A stretch of 64,000 nucleotides of DNA from Bacilli bacterium (GCA_047975285.1 JBKEDG010000061.1:8808-72807), one strand, 5' to 3'. Counted from the first letter of the stretch, positions 27,742-38,021 are shown. Program-made: numbers and translations. Notes: generated from the sequence alone by a model not told the origin.

Positions 27742-28692
27742 CTAAAATTTAAAGATTGTTGATCCCCATGTCAACCCTGCACCAAATCCTACAAACATAA
27801 TTTTATCATTACGTTTTATTATGCCTTTTTTTACTGCTTCACTAAAAGCAATCGGAATTGAAGCACTTGATGTGTTTCCATATGAATCAATATTTAAATA
27901 AAATTTATTGAGAGGGATTTTCTTTCCCTTACTCACATTCTTAATAATACGCTCATTCGCTTGATGAGGTACTATGTAAGAGACGTCATCTAATGTTAGT
28001 TTACTTTGTATAAGTGCGTTTTCGATTCCATCACTTACAGCTTTAGTTGCAAATTTAAAAACCTTAGTCCCATCCATTTTTACAACTTGATTACTGACAT
28101 CTCCTTTTTTCATGAAGTTTGAATTTTCAACTCCATCTACATACAAACTATTATCTATATCATCTATGCTATTTGTATAAATACTGTAGAACTTTGCTTC
28201 ATCACTTTTTTCTAAAACCATTGCTCCAGCACCATCTCCAAATAAAACACATGTGCTTCTGTCTTTCCAGTCTAAAACCTTACTTATTACTTCACTACCG
28301 ACAACTAAGGCTTTTTTATGTAAACCTATTTGAAGCATAGAGAGTGCGACTTTAAGTGCATAAATATATCCTGTACAACCAACATTTAAATCTAAACATG
28401 TACTAGCATTAATCCCTAATTTTTTCTTTAAAATCGCTGCCGAATGAGGCGCTAATTTATCTGGAGTAAATGAAGCAAAAACAATCAAATCTACATCTTC
28501 TAAATCAAGATCTTTTACCGCTTTATAAGCTAAATCAGTTGTGTTTTCTTCTAATGAAATTCTTCTATTCTTTATACCAGTTCTTGTATAAATCCATTCA
28601 TCATTTGTATCTACATATTTTTCTAAGTCAATGTTACTTACTACATTATCTGGTACATAATGTCCAACATCACTAATTTTTACATTAAACAT
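27742..28692 (-). CDS. fabH: 3-oxoacyl-ACP synthase III
   Basis: 316 aa; active-site Cys in NVGCTGYIYAL, HQAN and GFGAGLTWGS motifs. Confidence 0.92.
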   Translation of the reverse strand: MFNVKISDVGHYVPDNVVSNIDLEKYVDTNDEWIYTRTGIKNRRISLEENTTDLAYKAVKDLDLEDVDLIVFASFTPDKLAPHSAAILKKKLGINASTCLDLNVGCTGYIYALKVALSMLQIGLHKKALVVGSEVISKVLDWKDRSTCVLFGDGAGAMVLEKSDEAKFYSIYTNSIDDIDNSLYVDGVENSNFMKKGDVSNQVVKMDGTKVFKFATKAVSDGIENALIQSKLTLDDVSYIVPHQANERIIKNVSKGKKIPLNKFYLNIDSYGNTSSASIPIAFSEAVKKGIIKRNDKIMFVGFGAGLTWGSTIFKF

Positions 28693-28700
28693 ATACCCTC

Positions 28701-29636
28701 CTAATAATTTCTAAAACGCTTATATCTATTAGCTACTAAAGATCTTTTAGAAACCTTAGCTAACTCATTAACCTTACTAACTAAAACATGTTTCACATCA
28801 GCAAATACCATTTCTTCATTGTTTTGAACTCCACCAGTTGGCTCAAATATAATTTCATCAACTATATTAAGTTTCAACAAATCAGTTGCAGTTAACTTCA
28901 TTTTATCACTTGCAAGTTTTGCTTTAGAGGCATCTTTCCATAGAATTGTTGCAAAACCCTCAGGAGATAATATAGAATACACAGCATACTCTAATATGTA
29001 AACATAATCAGCAACAGCAAGTCCTAGCGCTCCACCACTTCCACCTTCACCAATAATAATAGTTATAATTGGCACACTAACATTACTAAGTTCCATTAAA
29101 TTTCTAGCAATTGCTTCTCCTTGACCACGTTCTTCTGCCTCTATACCGGGATATGCACCTGGTGTATCTACAAAAATTATTACTGGACGATTGAATTTTT
29201 CAGCTTGTTTAATTAACCTTAGTGCTTTTCTATATCCTTCTGGATGTGGCATACCAAAATTATGAAATATTTTCCCATCAGTACCCGTGCCTTTCTCCTG
29301 AGCAATCACTGTAACACTTCGCCCATTAAGAGTAGCAATACCACCAATAATACTCTTATCATCTCGGTAAAGTCTATCTCCTGCAAGTTCAATAAAGTCA
29401 TCGAAAACATTTTCAATGTACTTAGTAGCAGTAGGACGATTTTTTATTCTAGCAATTTGAATTTTATCCCATGCTGTAAGTTTTGTACTACTACTATCTA
29501 TACTATTCAATAATTCTCTCAATTGAATAATTTTTTCCCTATGCTCTGGTAACTTCTCATTTAATAAAAATAATTTTTGCATTTCATCCTTAATTTCTTT
29601 AATCTTATTTTCTTTATTTAAATTCATTGTTATCAC
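28701..29636 (-). CDS. accA: acetyl-CoA carboxylase carboxyltransferase alpha subunit
   Basis: 311 aa; FVDTPGAYPGIEAEERGQGEAIARNL and IIIGEGGSGGALG motifs. Confidence 0.9.
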   Translation of the reverse strand: MITMNLNKENKIKEIKDEMQKLFLLNEKLPEHREKIIQLRELLNSIDSSSTKLTAWDKIQIARIKNRPTATKYIENVFDDFIELAGDRLYRDDKSIIGGIATLNGRSVTVIAQEKGTGTDGKIFHNFGMPHPEGYRKALRLIKQAEKFNRPVIIFVDTPGAYPGIEAEERGQGEAIARNLMELSNVSVPIITIIIGEGGSGGALGLAVADYVYILEYAVYSILSPEGFATILWKDASKAKLASDKMKLTATDLLKLNIVDEIIFEPTGGVQNNEEMVFADVKHVLVSKVNELAKVSKRSLVANRYKRFRNY

Positions 29637-30510
29637 CGTGCACTTTCAATAACTTATACAAAACGTTTCTCATTTCATTTCGTTCTACAACAATATCTAT
29701 AAACCCACACTCTTTCATAAATTCTGCTCTTTGAAAACCTTCTGGAAGTTTTTGTTTAATGGTTTGTTCAATTACACGCGGTCCTGCAAATCCAATCAAA
29801 GCATTGTTTTCAGCAATTATTATATCTCCTAAACTAGCAAATGATGCTGTTACACCTCCAGTAGTCGGATCTGTCAAAACACTTATGTATAAAAGTTTCT
29901 TTTTATTGTGCTTAACAAGAGCAGCACTAGTTTTAGCCATTTGCATTAAACTAACAATACCTTCTTGCATTCTAGCTCCTCCACTTGTTGAAACAATTAT
30001 TAAAGGATATTCTAAAACTGTAGCTTTTTCTATTGCTTTAGTAATCTTTTCTCCAACAACACTTCCCATACTACCCATTAAGAAATAGGAATCCATAATA
30101 GCTATAACACAAGGATAACTGCCAATTTTAGCATATCCTGTAATAACTGCTTCATCCAATTTTGTCTTATTTTGAAGTTCTATAATTTTTTCATCATATC
30201 TTTCAAATTTAAGAGGATTTTTATGTTTACTCTTAATTGAAAATTCTTTAAAAGAGTACTTATCAATTAATAAATCTAGTCTTTCATATGCCCTTAATCT
30301 AAAATTATGATTACAATTTGGACACCTAAATAAATTTTCTTTAACCTTTTCAGTTGTGACAGTTGACTTACAATTTGAACATAGTTCATATAATCCCTCT
30401 GGAATTTCAGGTCTTACATGTTTTGCGTCACGACGAGACATTGAATTCTTACGCATAATTTTTATTTGATTGTTTATAATGGTTTTAGCATTTAATTTAC
30501 TCATTATCAA
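29614..30510 (-). CDS. accD: acetyl-CoA carboxylase carboxyltransferase beta subunit (N-terminal Zn ribbon)
   Basis: 298 aa; C4 zinc ribbon CSNCKS...CPNCNHNF, then MDSYFLMGSMGSVVGEKI carboxyltransferase motif; likely true start a few codons inside the ORF. Confidence 0.9.
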   Translation of the reverse strand: MIMSKLNAKTIINNQIKIMRKNSMSRRDAKHVRPEIPEGLYELCSNCKSTVTTEKVKENLFRCPNCNHNFRLRAYERLDLLIDKYSFKEFSIKSKHKNPLKFERYDEKIIELQNKTKLDEAVITGYAKIGSYPCVIAIMDSYFLMGSMGSVVGEKITKAIEKATVLEYPLIIVSTSGGARMQEGIVSLMQMAKTSAALVKHNKKKLLYISVLTDPTTGGVTASFASLGDIIIAENNALIGFAGPRVIEQTIKQKLPEGFQRAEFMKECGFIDIVVERNEMRNVLYKLLKVHGDNNEFK

Positions 30511-31840
30511 TTAACCTTTCTAATGTCTTAGTATGATATTTACCATTTGCAAATTCTTCTCTTTCTAAAATCTCATATAAAAATTCTATATTCGTAGGGA
30601 TAGGTTCAATCACAAGTTCACAAAGTGCTTGTTTCATTTTATTTATCGCCTCTAGACGAGAATTTCCTTTTACAATTACTTTCAAAATCATGCTATCATA
30701 ATATTTACTTATTGTACATCCTTGATAAATAAATGTATCGACTCTTACACCATTGCCACCAGGAATATTAATATGGTCTATTTGACCAGGTACTGGCATA
30801 AACCCTCTAGATATATCTTCACAAGTAACGCGACACTCAATTGAATGATTTTTAAGTTCAATATCTTCTTGAGTAAAAGCAAGTTTTTCCCCGTTAGCTA
30901 TCAACAATTGCCATGCAACTAAATCAACATTAGAAACTTCTTCACTTATTGGATGTTCTACTTGTATTCTTGTATTCATCTCAATAAAATAAAAATTTTC
31001 ATTTTCATCCATAACATACTCAATTGTTCCTGCACCAATATACCCAATTTCTTTTGCTAAATTAGCACTAACATCAAACAATTTATTCCTAGTTTTATCA
31101 CTAAGTAATTTGCAAGGTGTTTCTTCAATAACTTTCTGATTTCTTCTTTGCATACTACAATCACGTTCACCTAGAGTTACAACATTTCCAAATTTGTCTG
31201 CTAATATTTGAACTTCTATATGCTTTGGATTAATTACAAACTGCTCAATATAAACATCACCATTACCAAATGCATTCTTTGCTTCATTAACACAAGTGTT
31301 ATAAGATATTTCTAAATCACATTCATCATATACAATCCTCATTCCTCTTCCACCACCACCATGAGTAGCTTTGATAAGAACTGGATATCCAATTTTATTC
31401 ATTTCCCTTTGTAAATGAGCAAAATCTTTAATAATACCTTTGCTCCCTTTTACTACAGGTACACCAGATTTAATTGCTGCGTCTCTAGCATTAGCTTTAT
31501 TTCCCATTAGTGTTATAGTTTCACTTTTTGGTCCAATAAATTCAATTCCACATTTTTCGCACAAATTAGCAAACTGATCATTTTCACTTAAAAATCCATA
31601 TCCTGGGTGGATAGCATCAGCTTCTGAAACAATCGCAGCACTAATAATTCGTTCCATATTTAAATAGCTTTCATTTAATTTATGATCCCCAATACAAACA
31701 CTTTCATCAGCCATTGTAACATGTAAACTCTCAGCATCAACTGTTGAATAAACTGCCACTGTTGTAAATCCTTCTTGATGGCAAGCTCTAATAATTCTTA
31801 CTGCAATTTCTCCTCGATTTGCAATTAATATTTTTTTCAT
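30497..31840 (-). CDS. accC: acetyl-CoA carboxylase biotin carboxylase subunit
   Basis: 447 aa ATP-grasp; MKKILIANRGEIAVRIIRAC, KATHGGGGRGMRIV, EMNTRIQVEHP motifs. Confidence 0.93.
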   Translation of the reverse strand: MKKILIANRGEIAVRIIRACHQEGFTTVAVYSTVDAESLHVTMADESVCIGDHKLNESYLNMERIISAAIVSEADAIHPGYGFLSENDQFANLCEKCGIEFIGPKSETITLMGNKANARDAAIKSGVPVVKGSKGIIKDFAHLQREMNKIGYPVLIKATHGGGGRGMRIVYDECDLEISYNTCVNEAKNAFGNGDVYIEQFVINPKHIEVQILADKFGNVVTLGERDCSMQRRNQKVIEETPCKLLSDKTRNKLFDVSANLAKEIGYIGAGTIEYVMDENENFYFIEMNTRIQVEHPISEEVSNVDLVAWQLLIANGEKLAFTQEDIELKNHSIECRVTCEDISRGFMPVPGQIDHINIPGGNGVRVDTFIYQGCTISKYYDSMILKVIVKGNSRLEAINKMKQALCELVIEPIPTNIEFLYEILEREEFANGKYHTKTLERLIDNE

Positions 31841-31848
31841 AAAATAAC

Positions 31849-32289
31849 CTATTTAATTTTAAAGATTGCTTGATTAAATTCTAAAGCATCTCCATCATTA
31901 ACCAATATTTCTGCAATAGTTCCTTCGCAGGGACATTCAATTTCATTCATCACTTTCATCGCTTCAACAATACAAAGAACTTGGCCTTTACTTACTTTAT
32001 CTCCAACTTTAACAAAGGCAGGCTTTTCAGGTGCTGGGCTTTTATAGAAAGTTCCTACTATTGGGCTAGAAACTATTTCCCCTAGCAATTCTTCCTGAAC
32101 ACTTTCAATTATAGGTTTTGGACTATTTGTTTCACTTATAATTTTGGGACTATTGTCAACTGCGATATCAACAGACTTCTTTAACTTTAAAGAATAATCG
32201 GAATCACTGTATTCAAAACTAATTAACTCAGTATTTTCAAACAAGGCAATTAATTCTTTTGTATATTCAATTCTTTCATTTTTATTCAT
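31849..32289 (-). CDS. accB: biotin carboxyl carrier protein
   Basis: 146 aa; biotinyl-lysine motif [12 protein letters not shown]. Confidence 0.92.
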   Translation of the reverse strand: MNKNERIEYTKELIALFENTELISFEYSDSDYSLKLKKSVDIAVDNSPKIISETNSPKPIIESVQEELLGEIVSSPIVGTFYKSPAPEKPAFVKVGDKVSKGQVLCIVEAMKVMNEIECPCEGTIAEILVNDGDALEFNQAIFKIK

Positions 32290-32503
32290 TTATTTCACCT
32301 CTTTATAATTATATCATTTTTATATGTAAATTACTCATATACTTTTAAAATATATTCTATTTTACATTATTTATTAATAAATTACAATAAAATTTTGATG
32401 CAAAACGCTATAATTACGATTATTTTTTATAATAATCATAAAAATATTTTATACGTGTAGAATTATTTTCCAAATTACATTATAATAGATAGGAGGTGAT
32501 AAT

Positions 32504-33652
32504 ATGTTTATAAAAGAAACAATTAAAGCAAATGTAAGTTTAAAAGCTCATCCAGTAGGATTAAAGAATAAAATGAAACATTATTTTGAGGAATTAGAAG
32601 ATAAAGAAAATATTGATGGTGCCAAAAACGTTTTAATTATTGGTGGAAGTAGTGGGTATGGTCTTGCTACTAGGATTGTTGCGTCATCTAAGATGAATGC
32701 TAACACAATTAATGTTTGTTATGAAACTCCTCCAAAACTTAAAAAAACAGGAACAGCAGGTTATTGGAATATGAAATTTTTCAATGAATGTTCTAACACA
32801 AAGTCAATTGATTATAATATTGATGCTTTTGCAGATGAATCAATTAAAAAAGTAGTTAACAAGTTAAATGCTGAAAATATTAAAATAGATTTGGTAGTAT
32901 TCTCTTTAGCTGCAGGAGCAAAAATTACTAAAAATGGTCTTGTGACATCATCATTAAAACCAATCGGCAAAGACATTACTGGTAAAACTATTGACATTGC
33001 CAAAAATTGTATAAAAACAATAGAAATAAAACAAGCAAATCAACAAGAAATCGATGATACAGTTTTTGTGATGGGAGGACTAGACTGGTACAACTGGATA
33101 AAGCATTTAGTAAATAATAATTGCTTGACTTCAGATTGTAAAACCATTAGTTACACATATATTGGTTCTGACCCAACAAAGGACATTTATAGAAATGGAA
33201 CAATTGGAAAAGCTAAAGATGATTTAGAAAAAACTGTAGACAAAATTAATACTGATTTTAATGTTGACGCAAGTGTTGTTAGTGCTAAGGCAATTGCTTC
33301 AAAAGCAAGTGTATTTATTCCTAGTATGTCTATTTATGCAGGATGTCTATATGAAGTAATGCAAAATAACGGTACTCACGAAACAATTACTCAACATATT
33401 TATAGATTATTTAATGAATTAATCTATTCAAAAACTACTATTAAAGATGATAAGAATAGAATTAGACTTGATTCTTTTGAAATTGATAAAGATGTTCAAC
33501 AAAAAACACTTGATTTGATGAATAATTTGTCTGATGAGGAACTATTAAATTTAAAAGGTACTAAAGATTTCATTAAAGAATTTTATAATATAAATGGTTT
33601 TAGAGTCGATGGTATTGACTATGAATTAGAAGTGGATTTAAATTATTTATAA
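32504..33652 (+). CDS. fabV: trans-2-enoyl-ACP/CoA reductase, FabV family
   Basis: 382 aa; AHPVGLKNKMKHYFEE, VLIIGGSSGYGLATRIV, YRNGTIGKAKDDLE and C-terminal GFRVDGIDYELEVDL parallel FabV landmarks (AHPTGC..., VLVIGASTGYGLA, YWNGSIGAAKKDLD, GFGIDGVDYDADV); divergent from the acc/fab operon; TAGGAGGTGA RBS. Confidence 0.85.
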   Translation: MFIKETIKANVSLKAHPVGLKNKMKHYFEELEDKENIDGAKNVLIIGGSSGYGLATRIVASSKMNANTINVCYETPPKLKKTGTAGYWNMKFFNECSNTKSIDYNIDAFADESIKKVVNKLNAENIKIDLVVFSLAAGAKITKNGLVTSSLKPIGKDITGKTIDIAKNCIKTIEIKQANQQEIDDTVFVMGGLDWYNWIKHLVNNNCLTSDCKTISYTYIGSDPTKDIYRNGTIGKAKDDLEKTVDKINTDFNVDASVVSAKAIASKASVFIPSMSIYAGCLYEVMQNNGTHETITQHIYRLFNELIYSKTTIKDDKNRIRLDSFEIDKDVQQKTLDLMNNLSDEELLNLKGTKDFIKEFYNINGFRVDGIDYELEVDLNYL

Positions 33653-33727
33653 GATTTTTAACTTGAAAAATATTATTTTTTCTGATATACTAAAGTATGT
33701 ATATCATTAGAGTTTAGGAGGTATACT

Positions 33728-34942
33728 ATGCAAAAAAAATTTGAAGTCGTTTTACTAGGAAGTGATATGAATGTATATGGCATGGCAAGATCACTACATG
33801 AACAATACGGTATTATATCTCATTCTATTGGTAAAATGGAACTTGATTATATAAAATACAGTAAAATATTAAAGCACAATATTATACCTGACTTAGAAGA
33901 TGATTCTACTTTCGCTAATTATTTACTTGAATTTCATAAAAAATTAGACACAGATAAAGTTATTCTAGTCGCATGTGGTGATACATATGTTGATAAAATA
34001 ATTACTAATAAAAAAGATTTATCTGAAAAATATATTGTACCTTATATTGACCAAGATTTATCACTACGATTACAAAATAAAAAATCATTCTATAAAATAT
34101 GTGACCAATATGGTTTGAAATATCCAAAAACTCAGATAGTAAACGCTGAAAATTATCAAAACTTTACCCTTGAATTATCCTACCCAATTGTACTAAAACC
34201 CGCTAATACTGTAATGTACTGGCTTACGACTATTAAAGAAAGAAAAAAGGCGTACTTGGTTCATGACAACAAACAATTAGATCACATACTTTATAATATT
34301 TACTCTTCTGATTATAATGATGATTTTATCTTACAGGAATATCTTGATGGCGATGATTCAAGTATTGCTGTTGTTAATTGCTATTCAACGAGTGATGGAG
34401 AAGTTGTTATGCAAACATTTGGCAACGTTTTATTGGAAGATCACGCTCCTAATGGAATTGGTAGTCATATGGCAATAATAAGTAGTACTGAGCCTGAATT
34501 ATTAAAACAAATTAAATTATTTTTAGAAGATATAAATTATATTGGATTTTCTAACTTCGACTTGAAGTATGACTTTAGAGATAATACTTATAAATTTTTT
34601 GAAATTAATTTAAGGCAAGGTAGAAGTAGCTATTATGTAACTAATGCTGGATGTAATTTAGGAAAGTATCTTGTTGAGGAGTATATATTTAATAATACTT
34701 TAACCTATGAAACAGGAAAACCTAATAAACTATGGTCTGTAATACCAAAGTCAATTATTATGAAATATGTGAAGAATCGAGAGATGAAGTCAAAGTTTTT
34801 AAAAATATATAATGAATCTAAATATTGTAACTCATTAATATATGCTAAAGACTTATCTTTTAAAAGGTTGTTAATGCAGACTAAAAATTTTCATTTACAA
34901 AAACTAAGATATTTGAAACATTTTAGCGACAAGGAGTTATAA
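33728..34942 (+). CDS. ATP-grasp carboxylate-amine ligase (candidate D-aspartate ligase of the Asl type)
   Basis: 404 aa; pre-ATP-grasp plus ATP-grasp architecture (VVLLGSDMNVYGMARSL ... YPIVLKPAN ... ILQEYLDGDD ... FSNFDLKYDFRDNTYKFFEINLRQGRSSYY); TAGGAGG RBS; followed immediately by a racemase and an AsnB-type amidotransferase. Confidence 0.6.
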   Translation: MQKKFEVVLLGSDMNVYGMARSLHEQYGIISHSIGKMELDYIKYSKILKHNIIPDLEDDSTFANYLLEFHKKLDTDKVILVACGDTYVDKIITNKKDLSEKYIVPYIDQDLSLRLQNKKSFYKICDQYGLKYPKTQIVNAENYQNFTLELSYPIVLKPANTVMYWLTTIKERKKAYLVHDNKQLDHILYNIYSSDYNDDFILQEYLDGDDSSIAVVNCYSTSDGEVVMQTFGNVLLEDHAPNGIGSHMAIISSTEPELLKQIKLFLEDINYIGFSNFDLKYDFRDNTYKFFEINLRQGRSSYYVTNAGCNLGKYLVEEYIFNNTLTYETGKPNKLWSVIPKSIIMKYVKNREMKSKFLKIYNESKYCNSLIYAKDLSFKRLLMQTKNFHLQKLRYLKHFSDKEL

Positions 34943-35611
34943 ATGAAACTAGGAATTATTGGTGGACTTGGACCGCTAGCAGGATATGATTTTGGAAGAC
35001 GTTTAACAAAAGCATCAAAAGTAAAAAGTGATCAAGAGCATATTGAAACAATATTATTAAGCGATACAAAAGTGCCTGATCGTACTGATTATATCCTAAA
35101 AAAAAGTTGTTGTAGTCCCTTACCAAAATTAAAAAATGATGTAGCTATATTAAACCAGTTAAAGGTTGATTATATTGCTATAATATGTAATACTGCTCAT
35201 TATTTTTATGAAGAACTTGCAAAAAATTCAAATGCAGTTATTTATAATATGATAGAAATTGCAATTTCAAAGTATTTTAACAAAAAAATCGGACTAATTT
35301 CAACCAAAGGAACACGCGATAGTAAAATATATGAAATTTATGCTAATAAATACAATGTTGAATTAATTACACTTGATGATTATCATCAACAAATTGCAAC
35401 AGAAATAATATATTCTCAAGTTAAAAAAAACTTGCCTATTTGTGAAAAAGATTTTAGAACAATATGTGACTATCTATTTTCAAAAGGATGTGTAAAAATT
35501 ATTCTTGGTTGCACTGAACTTTCAACTGCTAAGGCAGAATTCTTATTAAGTGAATTATATATTGACCCTGTTGAAAAATTGATAATAAAAATAATAGGTG
35601 ACTTTTACTAA
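34943..35611 (+). CDS. Asp/Glu/hydantoin-family racemase, aspartate-racemase-like
   Basis: 222 aa; two catalytic Cys contexts ICNTAHYF and LGCTELS typical of aspartate racemases (RacD type); ATG directly abuts the ATP-grasp stop. Confidence 0.7.
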   Translation: MKLGIIGGLGPLAGYDFGRRLTKASKVKSDQEHIETILLSDTKVPDRTDYILKKSCCSPLPKLKNDVAILNQLKVDYIAIICNTAHYFYEELAKNSNAVIYNMIEIAISKYFNKKIGLISTKGTRDSKIYEIYANKYNVELITLDDYHQQIATEIIYSQVKKNLPICEKDFRTICDYLFSKGCVKIILGCTELSTAKAEFLLSELYIDPVEKLIIKIIGDFY

Positions 35612-35626
35612 AAAGAAAGGAATAAT

Positions 35627-37435
35627 ATGTGTGGATTTGTAGGATACAAAGGAAATATAAATGATAATCAAGTAATTAAAGACATGTGTGATGCAATCAT
35701 TCATCGTGGGTCAGAACATAATACATATGCTGATAATAATATAACTATGGGGTTTCAAAGGCTTAGTATTGTTGGAGATAATACTGGCACTCAACCGATG
35801 CACGATTATACAAATAGATACGTCTTAATGTTTAATGGTGAAATTTATAATCACGAATTCTTAAGAAATGAACTTGAACAGTTAGGATTTAAATTCAAAA
35901 CTTCTTCAGATTCAGAGGTTATACTAAATTTATATGCAAAATATCAAGAAAAATGTTTAAATAAATTGCGTGGTATGTTCGCTTTTATAATTTATGATAA
36001 GCAAGAAAACACAATTTTTGGGGCAAGAGATCAATTTGGTATAAAGCCTTTTTATTACTATACTAAAGACGACAATTTTATGTTTGGATCTGAAATAAAA
36101 TCACTATTAAAGCATCCTAATTTTATTAAGGAGTTTAACAAAGATGCGTTAAATCCCTATTTGATTTTTCAAACAAATATGCTTGAAGAGACATTTTTTA
36201 AAAACGTTTTTAAACTTTTACCTGGACATTTTTTTGTTTATAAAAATAATACCCTAATTGTTGAAAAATACTATAAATACTCTTTTACAAAAGAAATTAA
36301 AGATAAAGAATATGCACAAAAGTTATTAGATAAAGCCTTAACTAACTCAATAACGATGCATTCTAACTCTAATAAAAAGATTTGTACATTTTTATCTAGT
36401 GGAATAGATTCTAGTATAATTACTGCAAAATTATTACCTAACAAAGCCTATAGTGCTGGCTTTGATTCTATGTTTAACGAAACTAAAGATGCACATGCGT
36501 TATGTAATATAATTGAAGTGGATTTTGAAAAAGTTATTATTTCAGAGCAAGATGTATTTAATAATCTTGATACAATATTATATCATTTAGATGAACCTCA
36601 TGCAAATCCATCACTTGTTCCACTCTATTTTTTGAGTAAAAAAGCAAGTGAAGATTATGAAATTGTTTTAACTGGAGAGGGGGCTGATGAATTATTTGGT
36701 GGTTATTACTTATATGATTTAAATTTGAAATTTGAAAAATATGATAAATTACCTCTAAAAATTAGAACCGTGCTTTCAAAAATTTTTGAAAATTTGAAGT
36801 TTTTGCCTAAATCAAAATTTTTTATAGATGGTAATAAGTCTTTAGAAGAAAGATTTATTGGACACGCGAAGATTTTTGACGAAAATGAACTAAAAAAATT
36901 TAGTAGAATTAAATCGAAATATAGTCTAAAAAGTATCTTAACGCCGTTTTACAAAGATACTAAAAATGATGATTATTTAACTAAAATGCAATATCTAGAC
37001 TTGAATCTTTGGCAACCAAATGATATTTTACTAAAAGCTGATAAAATGACTATGGCTCATACAATTGAAAGCAGAGTACCTTTTTTAGATTTAGACGTAT
37101 TTGATATAGCAAGAAAACTGGACTCAAATTTACTAATAGAAAACCATCAAGGTAAAAAAATCCTTAGAGATATTTCTTTAAAAGTCTTACCTTCTGAATG
37201 GGCAAAACGAAAAAAAATGGGTTTTCCTGTTCCTGTTAAAGACTGGTTTAGAAATGAATTAGGCTATAATTATGCAAAAAATATATTTAACCAACCTTGG
37301 GTTGGTGAGTTCTTTGAAAAAAAATTTATAAATGATTTGCTTGATAGTCATTACAACAAAGAAGTTACAGAACAAAGAAAAATTTGGACAATACTAGTAT
37401 TTTGTGTATGGTATCAAAAATTCTTTATTAACTAA
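35627..37435 (+). CDS. asparagine synthetase B-type glutamine amidotransferase (candidate D-Asp cross-bridge amidotransferase, AsnH-like)
   Basis: 602 aa; Ntn Cys2 (MCGFVGYKG), GATase class II domain, PP-loop SSGIDSS in the synthetase domain. Confidence 0.75.
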   Translation: MCGFVGYKGNINDNQVIKDMCDAIIHRGSEHNTYADNNITMGFQRLSIVGDNTGTQPMHDYTNRYVLMFNGEIYNHEFLRNELEQLGFKFKTSSDSEVILNLYAKYQEKCLNKLRGMFAFIIYDKQENTIFGARDQFGIKPFYYYTKDDNFMFGSEIKSLLKHPNFIKEFNKDALNPYLIFQTNMLEETFFKNVFKLLPGHFFVYKNNTLIVEKYYKYSFTKEIKDKEYAQKLLDKALTNSITMHSNSNKKICTFLSSGIDSSIITAKLLPNKAYSAGFDSMFNETKDAHALCNIIEVDFEKVIISEQDVFNNLDTILYHLDEPHANPSLVPLYFLSKKASEDYEIVLTGEGADELFGGYYLYDLNLKFEKYDKLPLKIRTVLSKIFENLKFLPKSKFFIDGNKSLEERFIGHAKIFDENELKKFSRIKSKYSLKSILTPFYKDTKNDDYLTKMQYLDLNLWQPNDILLKADKMTMAHTIESRVPFLDLDVFDIARKLDSNLLIENHQGKKILRDISLKVLPSEWAKRKKMGFPVPVKDWFRNELGYNYAKNIFNQPWVGEFFEKKFINDLLDSHYNKEVTEQRKIWTILVFCVWYQKFFIN

Positions 37436-37440
37436 AAAAG

Positions 37441-37474
37441 CCCTAAAACTTTTAAAGTTTTAGGATTTTTTTTA
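37441..37474. terminator. bidirectional intrinsic terminator between the AsnB-like gene (+) and the OFOR gamma gene (-)
   Basis: aaaaag-cctaaaact (37442-37450)-tttaa-agttttagg (37456-37464)-a-tttttttt; 9-bp perfect stem with A-run and T-run on either side. Confidence 0.65.
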
Positions 37475-38020
37475 TTTTTGAGTTTTTACAGCTTCAATTC
37501 CTCTTTTAACTGCTTCCATATTGGCAGGAATAAATTTTTCTTTTCCGCCAGTAAATTTTTCTTTAAATGCAGCTTCAACATTATCAATTGTAAACTGTTG
37601 CTTTGCTTCAGTTATTGCACCTAACATTACCATATTTTGAAATTTTGCTGATCCAATTTCAGTTGCAATATCTGTTGCATTAATATAATAGACTTCCAAA
37701 TCTTCCCTTTCAATCTTACTTTTTACAACTGAACTATTAACAACAACCAGACCACCTTTAATTATGCGATCTACAAATTTATCAATAGAAGGTTGATTCA
37801 TTGCAACGAGAATTGAAATATCATTGTTAATAAGCGGAGATCCTATCATATCATCAGAATAGACTACACTACAATTTGCAGTCCCACCTCGCATTTCCGC
37901 ACCATATGCTGGAATCCATGTTACATGTTTATCATTATGCATATTAACTAGTGATAGAATTTGACCTAACGATAAAACACCTTGTCCACCAAATCCAGAA
38001 CAAATTACTTTTTCAATCAT
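37472..38020 (-). CDS. 2-oxoacid:ferredoxin oxidoreductase gamma subunit; start taken at MIEKVICSGFGGQG
   Basis: Gamma-subunit fold motif GFGGQGV; GAGGAGG RBS; ATG 1 nt after the beta subunit stop. Confidence 0.8.
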   Translation of the reverse strand: MIEKVICSGFGGQGVLSLGQILSLVNMHNDKHVTWIPAYGAEMRGGTANCSVVYSDDMIGSPLINNDISILVAMNQPSIDKFVDRIIKGGLVVVNSSVVKSKIEREDLEVYYINATDIATEIGSAKFQNMVMLGAITEAKQQFTIDNVEAAFKEKFTGGKEKFIPANMEAVKRGIEAVKTQK

Positions 38021-38021
38021 A

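Noticed and set aside
32290-32503. Looked for FabT (AGTTTGAC...GTCAAACT-like) or FapR operators and a regulator gene in the accB/fabV divergent spacer
   Set aside because: Only a twice-occurring ttacattat 9-mer was seen; no palindrome and no regulator ORF. Insufficient to call.
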